64,000 nt of DNA from an uncultured Acidobacteriota bacterium (GCA_963805975.1 CAWDVR010000003.1:736001-800000); one strand, 5' to 3'. Positions 1 to 10,344 are shown, numbered from the stretch's first letter. The notes: generated from the letters alone by a model not told the origin. A program made the numbers and translations.

Positions 1-732
1 ATGGCCGAGGGCTACGGCATGCAGCTCGACGAGGTCCAGAGCATGGTGGCCGACGCCCACTCGACGAACTTCGCCGAGAACAAGTCGTTCTTCCTGAACC
101 AGAACGACCCGGCGAACTTCGAGCGCACCTGGAAGAACACCACCTTCGTCTACCGCGAGCTCGGCCTGGTGGGCACCCCGGTGCGCTTCGACGAGGTGAT
201 GGACTTCTCGGTGATCAAGAAGCTCGACGCCGCCGGCAAGTTCGCCGACCAGCGCGACGAGTACGCCGCCACCTTCGCCCCCACCACCTACTCCAAGGTG
301 CAGGCCGAGGCGCCGATCCTCACCCAGACCATCCGCATCAACTTCTACCCCAACTCCTCGAACATCTACGAGCCGCAGCACGACGACATCGACCGGCCGA
401 TCGCCAACACGCTCTACGACCCGACGGTCGAGGCCACGCTCGAGAAGGTGGGACGGCTCGCCGGGCAGTACGCGCGGGCGACGATCGCCATCGTCGGCCA
501 CACGGACGCCTCGATGAAGACCAAGGGCGTGCGCTTCGAGGACGTGCAACGCCTCTCGCTCGATCGCGCCAACGGCGTCAAGCAGGCGCTGATCAAGAAG
601 TACAAGTTCGACCCCAACAAGTTCGTGGTCGAAGGCAAAGGCTGGAACGAGGCCGCCAACTCGGACGATCCCAACAACCATGCCTTGAACCGGAGGGTGG
701 AGATCTCGGTGTATCCGCCCGAGGCGCAGTAG
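1..732 (+). CDS. ABC substrate-binding/OmpA-like peptidoglycan-binding fusion protein (5' end outside window)
   Basis: C-terminal OmpA-C motifs (IVGHTD...LSLDRANGVK...G.G...NRRVEI); helical N-terminal part resembles the end of NMT1/SsuA-type binding proteins; lies directly upstream of an ABC permease. Confidence 0.8.
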   Translation: MAEGYGMQLDEVQSMVADAHSTNFAENKSFFLNQNDPANFERTWKNTTFVYRELGLVGTPVRFDEVMDFSVIKKLDAAGKFADQRDEYAATFAPTTYSKVQAEAPILTQTIRINFYPNSSNIYEPQHDDIDRPIANTLYDPTVEATLEKVGRLAGQYARATIAIVGHTDASMKTKGVRFEDVQRLSLDRANGVKQALIKKYKFDPNKFVVEGKGWNEAANSDDPNNHALNRRVEISVYPPEAQ

Positions 733-735
733 CCG

Positions 736-1692
736 ATGAGCGAGCCGAGAGGCGACTTCTTCGTCTCCGACCCTCCGGAGCGCCGCCCGAGCCCCGCTCC
801 GACCTGGCTCGAGCCCAAGCCTGAGCCGCGGGCGGGCTCCGCGGAGGCGCTCGAGGAGCGGGCCACGGCCGGCGCCGCGCCCACCGCCAAGGCGCTGCTC
901 AAGATCCGCGAGGAGATCCCGGTCTGGCAGTACTGGGCGCTGGGCGCGATCCCGATCGTGGTGCTGCTCGCCGTGTGGTCGTTCGTCACCGCCGGCGCCG
1001 CGGCCGAGGACCGCATCATCTCGCCCACCATCCTGCCGAGCCCGCTCGAGGTGGTGAGGTCCGTGCCTTCGCTGTGGTTCGAGCGCGCCCTGACCCGCAA
1101 CCTCTCGGTGTCGCTCAGCCGCGTCGCGGCCGGCTTTGCCCTGGCGGTGGCGATCGCCTTCCCGCTCGGCCTCTGCATGGGCGCCTTCACCAAGATCAAG
1201 GCCACTTTCAACCCGCTGGCGGTGTTCGGCGCCTACCTGCCGATCCCCGCCCTGGTGCCGTTGACACTGTCGCTCTTCGGCACCGGCGAGCTGCAGAAGG
1301 TGGCCTTCCTGGCTCTGGCCTTCGTCATCTATCTGCTGCCGCTGATCGTCTCCGCGGTCGACAACGTGGACGAGGTCTACCTCAAGACCGCGTACACGCT
1401 CGGCGCCAGCCGCGCGCAGGTGGTCTCGAAGGTGCTGCTCGGGGTCTCCTGGCCGGACATCTTCCACGCCCTGCGGCTGGGCTTCGGCATCGGCTGGAGC
1501 TACATCATCCTGGCCGAGATGGTGGACATCGGCAGAGGCCTGGGCGGGATCATCATCATCTCGCAGCGCCGTGGCCCGCGCGAGCACATCTACCTGGTGC
1601 TGCTGGTGATCGTCGCCATCGCCTTCCTGACCGACAAGCTGTGGGCGTGGGCCGGGCGCAGGCTCTTCCCCTACCGGGAGGCGCGGGCGTGA
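736..1692 (+). CDS. ABC transporter permease, NitT/TauC/SsuC family
   Basis: ILPSPLEV motif, multiple TM helices, EAA-like loop (LKTAYTLGAS), AEM motif. Confidence 0.9.
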   Translation: MSEPRGDFFVSDPPERRPSPAPTWLEPKPEPRAGSAEALEERATAGAAPTAKALLKIREEIPVWQYWALGAIPIVVLLAVWSFVTAGAAAEDRIISPTILPSPLEVVRSVPSLWFERALTRNLSVSLSRVAAGFALAVAIAFPLGLCMGAFTKIKATFNPLAVFGAYLPIPALVPLTLSLFGTGELQKVAFLALAFVIYLLPLIVSAVDNVDEVYLKTAYTLGASRAQVVSKVLLGVSWPDIFHALRLGFGIGWSYIILAEMVDIGRGLGGIIIISQRRGPREHIYLVLLVIVAIAFLTDKLWAWAGRRLFPYREARA

Positions 1693-2555
1693 CCGCACCG
1701 GCCGTGAGCCCACCCGTCGTCCCGCCAGTCGTCGAATTCATCGGCGTCGAGAAGACCTTCCACGCCGGCACGGCGCGCGCCTTCACCGCCATCAAGGACA
1801 TCAACTTCCGGATCGACGACAAGCCGGGCTACGGCGAGTTCATCTCGATCGTCGGCCCCTCGGGCTGCGGCAAGTCGACGATCCTGAACCTGATCCAGGG
1901 CTTTCCGGACGTCTACCCGCCCACCCGGGGCGAGGTCCGGGTACGCGGCCGGATCGTCGAGGGACCGGGCCGCGACCGCGGCATGATCTTCCAGAAGTAC
2001 AGCTCGTTCCCCAACCGTACGGTGCTCGAGAACGTCACCTTCGGCCTCGAGGTGAACCAGGACGAGCTCAGGCTGGGGCGTGCGGAACGCGAAGACCGGG
2101 CGCTCGAGATGATCCGCCGCGTGGGCCTCTCCGGCCACGAGCGCAAGTACCCGCACCAGATCTCGGGCGGCCAGCAGCAGCGGGTGGCGATCGCCCGCTC
2201 GCTGGTGCTCAAGCCCAAGATCCTGCTCATGGACGAGCCTTTCTCGGCGCTCGACGAGCCGACGCGCTACGAGATGCAGCGACTCATCACCGAGCTCTGG
2301 CACGACGTCGAGGCCACGGTGTTCCTCATCACCCACTCGCTCTCCGAGGCCGTCTACCTGGGCGACCGGCTGTGGGTGATGTCCAGGGGGCCGGGCACCA
2401 TCGCCGCGGTGTTCGAAGACATCATCCCGCCGACCCGCGACAGCGATCCGGTGCTGGCGCAGGAGAGCGGCGAGTTCAAGGCCGTGGTGGGCGAGGTGGC
2501 GCGGGCCTTCAAGCGGGTGGAGAACGGTCCGGCGGGCGGCGCGGGGAAGACTTGA
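1689..2555 (+). CDS. ABC transporter ATP-binding protein, TauB/SsuB family
   Basis: Walker A GPSGCGKST, signature ISGGQQQR, Walker B LLMDEPFSALD, H-loop ITH; GTG start overlaps the permease stop (GTGA). Confidence 0.92.
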   Translation: MTAPAVSPPVVPPVVEFIGVEKTFHAGTARAFTAIKDINFRIDDKPGYGEFISIVGPSGCGKSTILNLIQGFPDVYPPTRGEVRVRGRIVEGPGRDRGMIFQKYSSFPNRTVLENVTFGLEVNQDELRLGRAEREDRALEMIRRVGLSGHERKYPHQISGGQQQRVAIARSLVLKPKILLMDEPFSALDEPTRYEMQRLITELWHDVEATVFLITHSLSEAVYLGDRLWVMSRGPGTIAAVFEDIIPPTRDSDPVLAQESGEFKAVVGEVARAFKRVENGPAGGAGKT

Positions 2556-3433
2556 TGGCGCCGGCCGACCGTGACCTCGGGTTCTGGGACTACGTCAAGG
2601 AGGCCTTCTACCGCAAGGTCCCGACGCCGCTCCTGGGCCGCATGCCGCTCAACCTCATGGCGCTCGGCGTGTTCGGCGTGCTCGGCATCGCCAACCCCGG
2701 CTTCTGGCTGCTGGGCCTGGCCGTGGAGCTCGGCTACCTGGGCGGGGTGGCGGGCAGCGGGCGCTTCCAGAAGCTGGTGCAGGGCGAGAAGCTCCTGGGC
2801 GCCCAGCGTGGCTGGGAGGTGGAGCTGGCGCAGGCAGTCTCCCGCTTGACCGAGGAGAGCCAGGACCGCTACAAGCGCCTCCTCGATCAGTGCCGCACCA
2901 TCCTCGGCATCGCCGACAAGCTCGAGGCCGGCTCGCTCGACAACCTGCGCGACATGCGCTCGCGCAACCTCAACCAGTTGCTGGTGATCTTCCTCCGCCT
3001 GCTGGCTTCGCAGGAGGTGATCTCCGGCAACCTCTCCAAGCTCGGCCGCGGCGAGCTGGAGCGCAACGTCACGCAGATCGAGGGCGCCATCGTCCAGGCC
3101 AAGGGCAACGAGCCGCTGACCCGCTCGCTCGAGGGCACGCTCGCGATCCAGAAAAAGCGGCTCGAGAACTTCCAGCGCGCGCAGGGCAACCTGCAACTGA
3201 TCGAGGCCGAGCTGCTGCGCATCGAGCAGCAGGTGGAGCTGCTGCGCGAGGAAGCGGCGGTGGCCGGCAGCCCGGACCTCCTGTCGCAGAAGCTCGACTC
3301 CGTGACCTCCACCATGGGCGAGACCACGCGCTGGATGGACGAGCACCGCGAGCTCCTGGGCTCGCTCGGCGAGTCGCCGCTCACCGAGGTGCCGGACATG
3401 CCGCGGCTGCCCGGCCAGGTGAGGGAGGGCTGA
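2555..3433 (+). CDS. Hypothetical protein with N-terminal 2TM hairpin and long coiled-coil region
   Basis: TGATG overlaps at both ends; hydrophobic LNLMALGVFGVLGIANPGFWLLGLAVEL followed by heptad-rich helices; host-like codon usage. Confidence 0.8.
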   Translation: MAPADRDLGFWDYVKEAFYRKVPTPLLGRMPLNLMALGVFGVLGIANPGFWLLGLAVELGYLGGVAGSGRFQKLVQGEKLLGAQRGWEVELAQAVSRLTEESQDRYKRLLDQCRTILGIADKLEAGSLDNLRDMRSRNLNQLLVIFLRLLASQEVISGNLSKLGRGELERNVTQIEGAIVQAKGNEPLTRSLEGTLAIQKKRLENFQRAQGNLQLIEAELLRIEQQVELLREEAAVAGSPDLLSQKLDSVTSTMGETTRWMDEHRELLGSLGESPLTEVPDMPRLPGQVREG

Positions 3434-5292
3434 TGGCCGAGCCGCCGGCCCCCAGCACGCCACCCGCGTCAGGCCCGCCGCCGGTGGCAGCTCCGCCGCT
3501 GCCCGCCTGGGCCGAGGAGATGCGCAGCGCCTTCCGCTCCGGCACCGCCTCGCAGTTCCTGCTCTACGGCAACATCTTCGACCTCGTCCCCTCGACCGAC
3601 GAGAAGGGCAGGCGCCACTTCACCTCGCTCAGGGCTTTCCTCGCCGAGTCGATGTTCCAGCCCTTCGACGTGGTGCTCGCCTACGACCGCGGGCGCGGCA
3701 TCCGGGCGATCAAGGGCAGCGAGGCCTTCCACCGCTTCTTGAAGGCGTTCGACACCTTCCAGGGCACGAGCTGGGCCGGCATGCCGGCCGACTCGCCCGA
3801 CAAGGTCGAGAACCTGGAGCTGGGGAACCTCTTGCCGCGGGACCCCAAGCGGGCGCTCGAGCTGCTGGACCGCTTCCTCCGCGCGAGCCAGCTCCGCACC
3901 GAGCCGGACACCAAGGGCGGGCGCAAGCAGGCGCCGCTCAAGGTGGCGGTGCTCATCGACTACGCGCACTTCATCGCGCCCCAGGGCGAGGCGATCTACC
4001 TGGCGAGCGACCTGTCGCAGAATTTGATTCGCCTGCTCGACTGGGCCTCGGACCCGTCCCTCACCGGCGCCTGGGTGGCGACGGTGCTGATCTCCGAGAA
4101 CCTGACCGACATCAACCGCCTGCTGGTCGAGAACCCCTACTCGGCGAAGATCCACATCCCGCTGCCCAACGGGGAGGAGATCCTCGACTACGTGACCTGC
4201 CTCACCGCCGAGCAGCCGAACTTCGAGAAGTCCTGCGAGGTCTCCCGCGAGGTGCTGGCCGGCAAGCTCGTGGGCCTGTCGCGCGTCAACGTGCGCAACC
4301 TGGTGCTGCGTGCGCTCGGAGGCGGCGAGCTGATCACCGGCAAGTACCTCTCGAAGCTCAAGAAGGAGCTGATCGAGAAGGAGGCGGCCGGGAGGATCGA
4401 GTTCATCGAGTCCCGCCGCACGCTCGACGACGTGGCGGGGCACGAGGAGGCCAAGGCCTGGCTGCGGCAGGACGCCGAGCTGCTGCGGCGCGGGCGCCTG
4501 CGGGCGATCCCCATGGGCTACCTCCTCTGCGGGCGGATCGGCACCGGCAAGACCTTCCTCGTCGAGTGCTGGGCCGGCGAGGTCGGCGTGCCGGTGGTCG
4601 AGATCAAGAACTTCCGCGAGCGGTGGGTGGGCGCCACCGAGGGCAACCTGGAGCGCATCTTCAACATCCTGCGCGCCCTGGGGCAGGTGGTGGTGTTCGT
4701 GGACGAGGCCGACCAGGCTACGGGTAAGCGCGGCGGCGGCGACGGCGACTCCGGCCTCTCCGGCCGCATCTACGGCATGCTGGCCAAGGAGATGAGCGAC
4801 ACGCGGAACCGCGGCAAGATCATCTGGGTCTTCGCCACCAGCCGCCCGGACTTGGTGGAGGTGGATCTGAAGCGCCAGGGCCGGCTGGACGTCCATATCC
4901 CGCTCTTCCCGCCCGGCGACCCCGAGAGCCGTCGCAGCCTCTTCCGCTCGATGGCGAAGAAGGTCGGCATCGGCGCGGCGTCCGAGGAGATCCCCGACCC
5001 GCCGGACAACGAGCAGGTGGGCGGCAACGAGATGGAAGGCATCCTGGTGCGCGCGCTCCGCGTCTACGAGACCCAACCCGAGGGCGCCACCCCGCGCCCG
5101 CTGGGGGAGGTCATCCGCGAGGCGATCGCGGACTTCCGCCCCTCCGCCCACATCGAGCGCCTCACCTTCATGGACCTGCTGGCAGTAAAAGAGGCGACGG
5201 ACGCACGCTTCCTCCCGGAGCGGTTCCGCAAGCTCTCCCTGGCCGAGGTGAACCGGCGGATAGAGGAGCTGCGGCGGGTGATCGGGGAGTAG
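3433..5292 (+). CDS. AAA+ ATPase (SpoVK/Ycf46/Vps4-like) with degenerate N-terminal and intact C-terminal AAA domain
   Basis: GYLLCGRIGTGKT Walker A, WVG pore loop, VVFVDEAD Walker B, ATSRPDLVEVDLKRQGRLD second region of homology. Confidence 0.9.
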   Translation: MAEPPAPSTPPASGPPPVAAPPLPAWAEEMRSAFRSGTASQFLLYGNIFDLVPSTDEKGRRHFTSLRAFLAESMFQPFDVVLAYDRGRGIRAIKGSEAFHRFLKAFDTFQGTSWAGMPADSPDKVENLELGNLLPRDPKRALELLDRFLRASQLRTEPDTKGGRKQAPLKVAVLIDYAHFIAPQGEAIYLASDLSQNLIRLLDWASDPSLTGAWVATVLISENLTDINRLLVENPYSAKIHIPLPNGEEILDYVTCLTAEQPNFEKSCEVSREVLAGKLVGLSRVNVRNLVLRALGGGELITGKYLSKLKKELIEKEAAGRIEFIESRRTLDDVAGHEEAKAWLRQDAELLRRGRLRAIPMGYLLCGRIGTGKTFLVECWAGEVGVPVVEIKNFRERWVGATEGNLERIFNILRALGQVVVFVDEADQATGKRGGGDGDSGLSGRIYGMLAKEMSDTRNRGKIIWVFATSRPDLVEVDLKRQGRLDVHIPLFPPGDPESRRSLFRSMAKKVGIGAASEEIPDPPDNEQVGGNEMEGILVRALRVYETQPEGATPRPLGEVIREAIADFRPSAHIERLTFMDLLAVKEATDARFLPERFRKLSLAEVNRRIEELRRVIGE

Positions 5293-5300
5293 GGGGGCGT

Positions 5301-5328
5301 TTGACAAGCCGTACGTCTCGTCTACACT
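5301..5328 (+). promoter_or_regulatory. sigma70-type promoter of the toxin-antitoxin pair, probably leaderless
   Basis: TTGACA-16 bp-TACACT; ATG lies 6 nt after the -10 box with no Shine-Dalgarno. Confidence 0.65.
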
Positions 5329-5334
5329 CGCGAT

Positions 5335-5556
5335 ATGACCAAGGCAGCGATCGCCAGAGCAGCGCTCCAGCTCCCGGTGGAGGATCAGCTCGAGTTAGCA
5401 CAGGCCCTCTGGGACCGCGCATCCCCTCCAAGCGACTTCGAGCTAACACCAGAACTCAAGGAGCTGCTCGAGTTGCGCCGGCAGGAAGCGCTTGAGAACC
5501 CTGTTGCGGGCGTGCCCTGGGATGAGGTCCGGGATCGACTGCTGAAGCGCGCATGA
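5335..5556 (+). CDS. Putative addiction-module antitoxin
   Basis: 73 aa with ALQLPVEDQLELAQALWD...ELRR...GVPWDEV pattern; ATGA overlap with the toxin gene. Confidence 0.85.
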   Translation: MTKAAIARAALQLPVEDQLELAQALWDRASPPSDFELTPELKELLELRRQEALENPVAGVPWDEVRDRLLKRA

Positions 5557-5846
5557 AGCTCATCGTCCGGCGCTACGTCGAGTCCGAGCTCGACCAGGCC
5601 GCAGCTTGGTATGAAAGCCGACAACCCGGCCTGAGAGATCGCTTCCTTCGCGCGGTGGATTCGACCCTGAAGCAGGTAGCTGCGAACCCCCAGCTCTACC
5701 AAGTCGTCCACCTCGACATCAGGCGGAGTGCTGTTCATGGGTTCCCGTACAGCGTCTTCTACTTGGTCCTCGCCAACAGGGTCGAGGTGATCGGCGTCGT
5801 ACACGATGCCCGGCATCCCGCTGTCTGGAAACGGCGGCGGCGGTAG
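5553..5846 (+). CDS. Type II toxin, RelE/ParE family
   Basis: ELDQAAAWYE...GL..RF...FPYSVFY...IGVVHDARHP.VW. Confidence 0.88.
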   Translation: MKLIVRRYVESELDQAAAWYESRQPGLRDRFLRAVDSTLKQVAANPQLYQVVHLDIRRSAVHGFPYSVFYLVLANRVEVIGVVHDARHPAVWKRRRR

Positions 5847-5921
5847 GCACGGTCAAATCGGTCGTGGCCTTAATGTCAGCTTGCGATAAGCTTGCGTTAC
5901 CGTGACCAAGCAGGTTCTGGG

Positions 5922-8813
5922 ATGGGTGCTTGCGCAAGCAGAATCCAGTCGACCGGGCTATTCACCGAGCTCGAGAAGTCGAGCAGGCGGGGCGGCATCG
6001 AGGCCGACGAGGTCACGCAGCTTCAAGGGCTGGTCCTGGGAGTGGCGGATCTGGTCGGCCCCCATCTCGACCAGATTCAGCAGACCTTCGAGCAGTACAC
6101 TCAGCACAACCTGGAGCACAGCCGGAACGTGGCCGAGCACATGGCTCGCATCGTGCCAGGGGCTACGCTCGCCCAGCTCAACGCTCTCGAACTAAGCCTC
6201 TTGCTCCTCGCAGCCCTGCTGCACGACGTGGGCATGGTGGTCAGCACGCAGGAGGGCGAGAGATCACACAGGCAACGGAGTTCCGCGACTTCCTGCAGCT
6301 CTCGGGCGCAGAGCGACTGCGGGCCGCGCAGGCCGCGAGGGAGCGAGGAGATGCCTGGAGAGCGCGGCGCATCGACACGGCGCTGCTTGCCGAGTTCGTA
6401 CGACGGCACCACGCGAAGCGCGTTCACGACTTCATCGGCAGACACTTCGCCGACCGCTTGGACTTTCGGCAGATGTCCTTCGCACGGGACCTCGGCCAGC
6501 TCTGTGAGAGCCACGCCTGGCCGTTGGAGAAGGATTACAAGGAAGGGCGCTCGGTCGCGGAACTCCCCACCGACCGACGTTTTGAAGGCGTGCCCGTCAA
6601 CCTTCAGTATCTCGCCTGCCTGCTGCGCCTTGCGGACATCCTGGACTTCGACCGCTCGCGCACTCCTCTTCTTGTCTTCGAGAGTAAGGCGTTCACCGAG
6701 GAGAAGAGCTGGGAGGAGTGGAACAAGCACCTCTCAGTACGCGGCTGGAACATTGACCCGACGACTGTCGCCTACCAGGCCGAATGCAGCCACCCGAGCT
6801 TTTACGTAGCCGTGCAAGGGTTTCTGGACTGGATCGACCAGGAGCTGCGAGCCTGCCGCTACCTGCTAGACGGGCAGCCAGCGGAAGTCGCCAGTCGGTA
6901 CGAGCTTCGCCTTCCCGTCGCTGTAGACCGCCGGAAGGTGAAGATGGACGACCCGATGGTGCTGCCCGGAGGTTTCCGCTTCCAGCTCGAGTACGAGGAG
7001 ATATTGAACCTTCTCATGGACAGGAGCCTCTACCCGGACGACTCGCTGTTCCTGCGCGAGCTGTTGCAGAACTCCCTCGACGCTGTCATCGCAAGCAGGC
7101 CGAGGCAAAGCTCGTCTATGGCTACGATCATGCGCGCCACTACGAACCGCGGATTGTGGTTCTCGACTACCAGGACGATCCCAAGGAGCCACGCATCGAG
7201 TTCCTGGATAACGGCGTCGGAATGTCGCAGCGCGTCGTGGAGCAATTCTTCCTGCGGGTCGGCAAGAGCTACTACAAGTCACCGGAGTTCGAGACTGAGC
7301 GAGCGCGTTACCAGGAAGCGGGCATTCAGCTCGACGTATGCTCGCAGTTTGGTATCGGCATCCTCTCCTGCTTCATCGTGGCGAATCGGCTTCGGGTAGA
7401 GACCTACCAGCATGGGCAGGAGCCTCTGAGGCTAGCGGTGGATGGACCCTCGAAGTACTTCGTGATCCGGCGGCTCTGCCGACAAGCGCAGCAGCCGTTC
7501 GACAGGCAGCCCACGAAACCTGAAGATGACGGGCCGCCAGAGCGAACGGGAACTCGAGTAGTTGTGGCGCTGAAGGAGGGGACGAGACTCGATCTGCTGG
7601 AGGTTCTTCAACGATTTGCGGTGAACCTCGATACGCCTGTCTGGATTCTTGACGGAAGCGCGGGTGACCCGAAGCGACTCTCGCGGCGCCAGTGGGATGG
7701 GGCTCCACCGACTCTGAGGAAGTTCGTCGAAGGAACCCAGCGCTACGGGGAGAATCCTACGAGCTTCTCGACGAGTTGCAAGCCTTGGTTCAACAGAGGT
7801 TCAGAGACTGGCGCCTCAAACTCAAGGGAGTGCCCGAGTTCGCCTGCTTTTTCCAGCCAGTGTCGATCATGCAGGGCAGTACGCCCCGGGCGGATGTGGC
7901 GAAGGGGATTCTCCCACTTCTGAAGGCGGACGCGGATGAGCCTTTCCAGGAGTTTCTGAGGCGGCAGCAAGCTCAGCTCGGTTTCACCGATGACCACACC
8001 TTTGCCGTGGACCGCGATAGCGCGTGGAGGAGCTTCTCGAGTTCAGAGCGTGAGTGGATTGTTGAACGCGTCCGCTCGATCGCCGAGGGGCTTTCGGAAT
8101 CCAGTGAGAGAACTCCAGCCGAGGTAGCGCAGGAGCTCCTGGAAGCCTCCCTTGATCTGACGTTACGGGAACTTCGACCGTTCCAGTACTCGCCTCAGAT
8201 TCCTTGCGGCTACTCCCTGGCACTAAACTCGGTGTTGATACCTCAAGGAATCGTCGCATGGGAGCCAGAGACTTTTCGGACTGGGAGGCCCCGGATCGGG
8301 AACCATTGTGGTGGGGCTTGGCTCGATGTCCGCGGAGCTTGTGCACCGAAGCCCAGTGCCAATCGGCTGTTCTTGCCCCGTGAGCGTGCAGCGAGACTTG
8401 CTGTCGGCTACGGGCAATTCGTGTTCGATGAGGCTCTCCGTTTGGAGATGCCGCTCTCCAGCGGTCAAGGTTGGCGGAACTGGCTGAGAAGCGTTGTTTC
8501 CGGTGTTGTGGATTCCCTTGCAAGCTTTGAGAGCATCGAGGCCCTTCGGCAGCGGGTCGGGACGGATGCTGAGGGGCTGGGCATCATGTGCTGGTTCGCC
8601 GGAAAGAGCGAGGTGGTTAGTCGTGGCGAGCTAAGACAAGCGTTCGCGCAGGCGGTTCCCATGGTGAACAGGTTTGGGCACTCATCGCACCAAACTGGGC
8701 TGGATGCGAGGGATGGGATCAACCGACTACTGCTTTCACATCTCGTGGGCAAGGATCTCGCAACCGTAGAGCGTCTTCCACTCGACCGTCTCGATCCCGA
8801 CGAGATCGCCTGA
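5922..8813 (+). pseudogene. HD-domain (HD-CE type) plus HSP90-like GHKL ATPase protein, split by three -1 frameshifts (about 6255, 7085, 7750); decay or sequencing error
   Basis: Consecutive frames give YTQHNLEHSRNV, LLHDVGM, RLADILDFDRSRTP, then LY...FLRELLQNSLDA, DNGVGM, GKSYY, SQFGIGILSCF; joined product about 964 aa. Confidence 0.8.
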
Positions 8814-9165
8814 CGAGGCTGCCACTCCCCGGCGGTACCATCTGGTTGCGCCGCCGGATCAAGGATGGGAAGGCGCCCAGCGGCCGGCGCTGCCGCCAGC
8901 ATGTGCTCGGAGCCAAGGGGGGAGGTCGATGAAGGCGCTCAACTCGGCGAACAGAGTCACTTGAGATTCTAGATCACCATCGCAAGACCGAGCTGCCGCG
9001 CGCGGGCATTCGGGTCGGCCAGCGCCCCCTTGAGGTCCCAGCCGATTCCGGCACTTGTCGGAGGGAAGCGCTGAGCCACTGATTCTGCGCACTTCCCCGA
9101 AACGGCTGGCGCCGATTGATCGGACGTCCGAAGGCAATGCCTATCCGGGGCGCTAGGATGCCGGA

Positions 9166-10262
9166 ATGCGACCCTTCCGCCTCGGCCTTCTCGTAACCCT
9201 TCTCTCGGCCTCCTCGGCTCTCGCCGCCCAACCCGCCCGCGGCATTCCCGCCAGCTCCGCCCAGCGCTTCGCGGACTTGGCGCTTGCTTGTCTGCACAAG
9301 GAGTACCCCAACAAGATCGCCCATGTGCTGGCGGGTGATGGAGACGTGAAGCCGCCGCGCGATCTCACGCCGGTCTTCTTCGGCTGCTACGACTGGCACT
9401 CCGCGGTGCACGGCCACTGGCTGCTGGCGCGTCTGGCCCGCACCTATCCGGAGGCGCCGTTCGCCGACCCGGCGCGGCAGGCGCTCGCCGCTGAGCCTCA
9501 CACCCCGAGGCTTTGCCGCCGAGGTGGCCTATCTCGAGGGACCGGGGCGCGTCTCCTTCGAGCGGCCGTACGGCCTGGCCTGGCTGCTCCAACTGGCAGC
9601 CGAGCTGTGCGCAGTGGGAGGACCCGTGGGCGCGGGACTGGTCGGCGGCGATGGCACCTCTCGAGCAGGCCGCGGCCCGGCGCCTCCGGGACTGGCTGCC
9701 CAAGCTCTCGCGGCCCATCCGCGGCGGCGAGCACGACCAGACCGCCTTTGCGTTCGGCCTCGTGGCGGACTGGGCGCGCATCCGGCAAGACCAGAGCATG
9801 GCCGAGCTGCTGGAGGCGCGCGTCCGCGAGCTGTACCTGGCCGACCGCCACTGCCCTCTGAGCTACGAGCCGGGTGGGCAGGACTTCCTCTCCCCTTGCC
9901 TGGGTGAGGCGGACCTCATGCGCCGCTTCCTGCCGCCGGCCGAGTTTGCCCGCTGGCTGCGCGAGTTTCTGCCGGAGATCCCGAGGAACGGCTCGGCAGC
10001 GTGGCTGGTGCCGGCGGTGGTGACCGACCCGACCGACCCCAAGCTCGCCCACCTCGATGGACTGAACCTCTCGCGGGCCTGGATGCTCGAGGGCATCGCC
10101 TCCGGCCTGCCGCCCAAAGACAGGCGCCGTGCCTCGCTCCTCGCCGCGGCCCACGAGCACCGCGTGAAGGGCCTCGCCGCCGTCACCGGCGAGCACTACG
10201 AGGGCGGTCACTGGCTGGGGAGCTTCGCGGTGTACCTGGTGACCGGGCGAGGGCTCGACTGA
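9166..10262 (+). pseudogene. DUF2891 family secreted protein with two +1 frameshifts (about 9492 and 9608)
   Basis: KEYPNK, FFGCYDWHSAVHGHW, FERPYGLAWLL, GEHDQTAF, DFLSP, HLDGLNLSRAW and YEGGHWLGSFA spread over three frames. Confidence 0.8.
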
Positions 10263-10344
10263 GCCGAGCGGACGTCAACGCGGCAGGGCTTCCCTCGGAC
10301 CGAGACCTCGCAAGGTGACGACCCGAGGGGGCTTTGCGACAGCA

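Noticed and set aside
5902-6195. GTG ORF MTKQVLGW as the true N-terminus of the HD gene, implying a fourth frameshift
   Set aside because: The in-frame ATG at 5922 gives a plausible start without an extra shift.
6250-7755. Programmed ribosomal frameshifting in the HD/HSP90 gene
   Set aside because: No X XXY YYZ slippery heptamers at the junctions, and three successive programmed shifts are implausible.
5293-9165. Integron cassette array or IS-bounded island
   Set aside because: No attC-like inverted cores, terminal inverted repeats, integrase or transposase were recognised.
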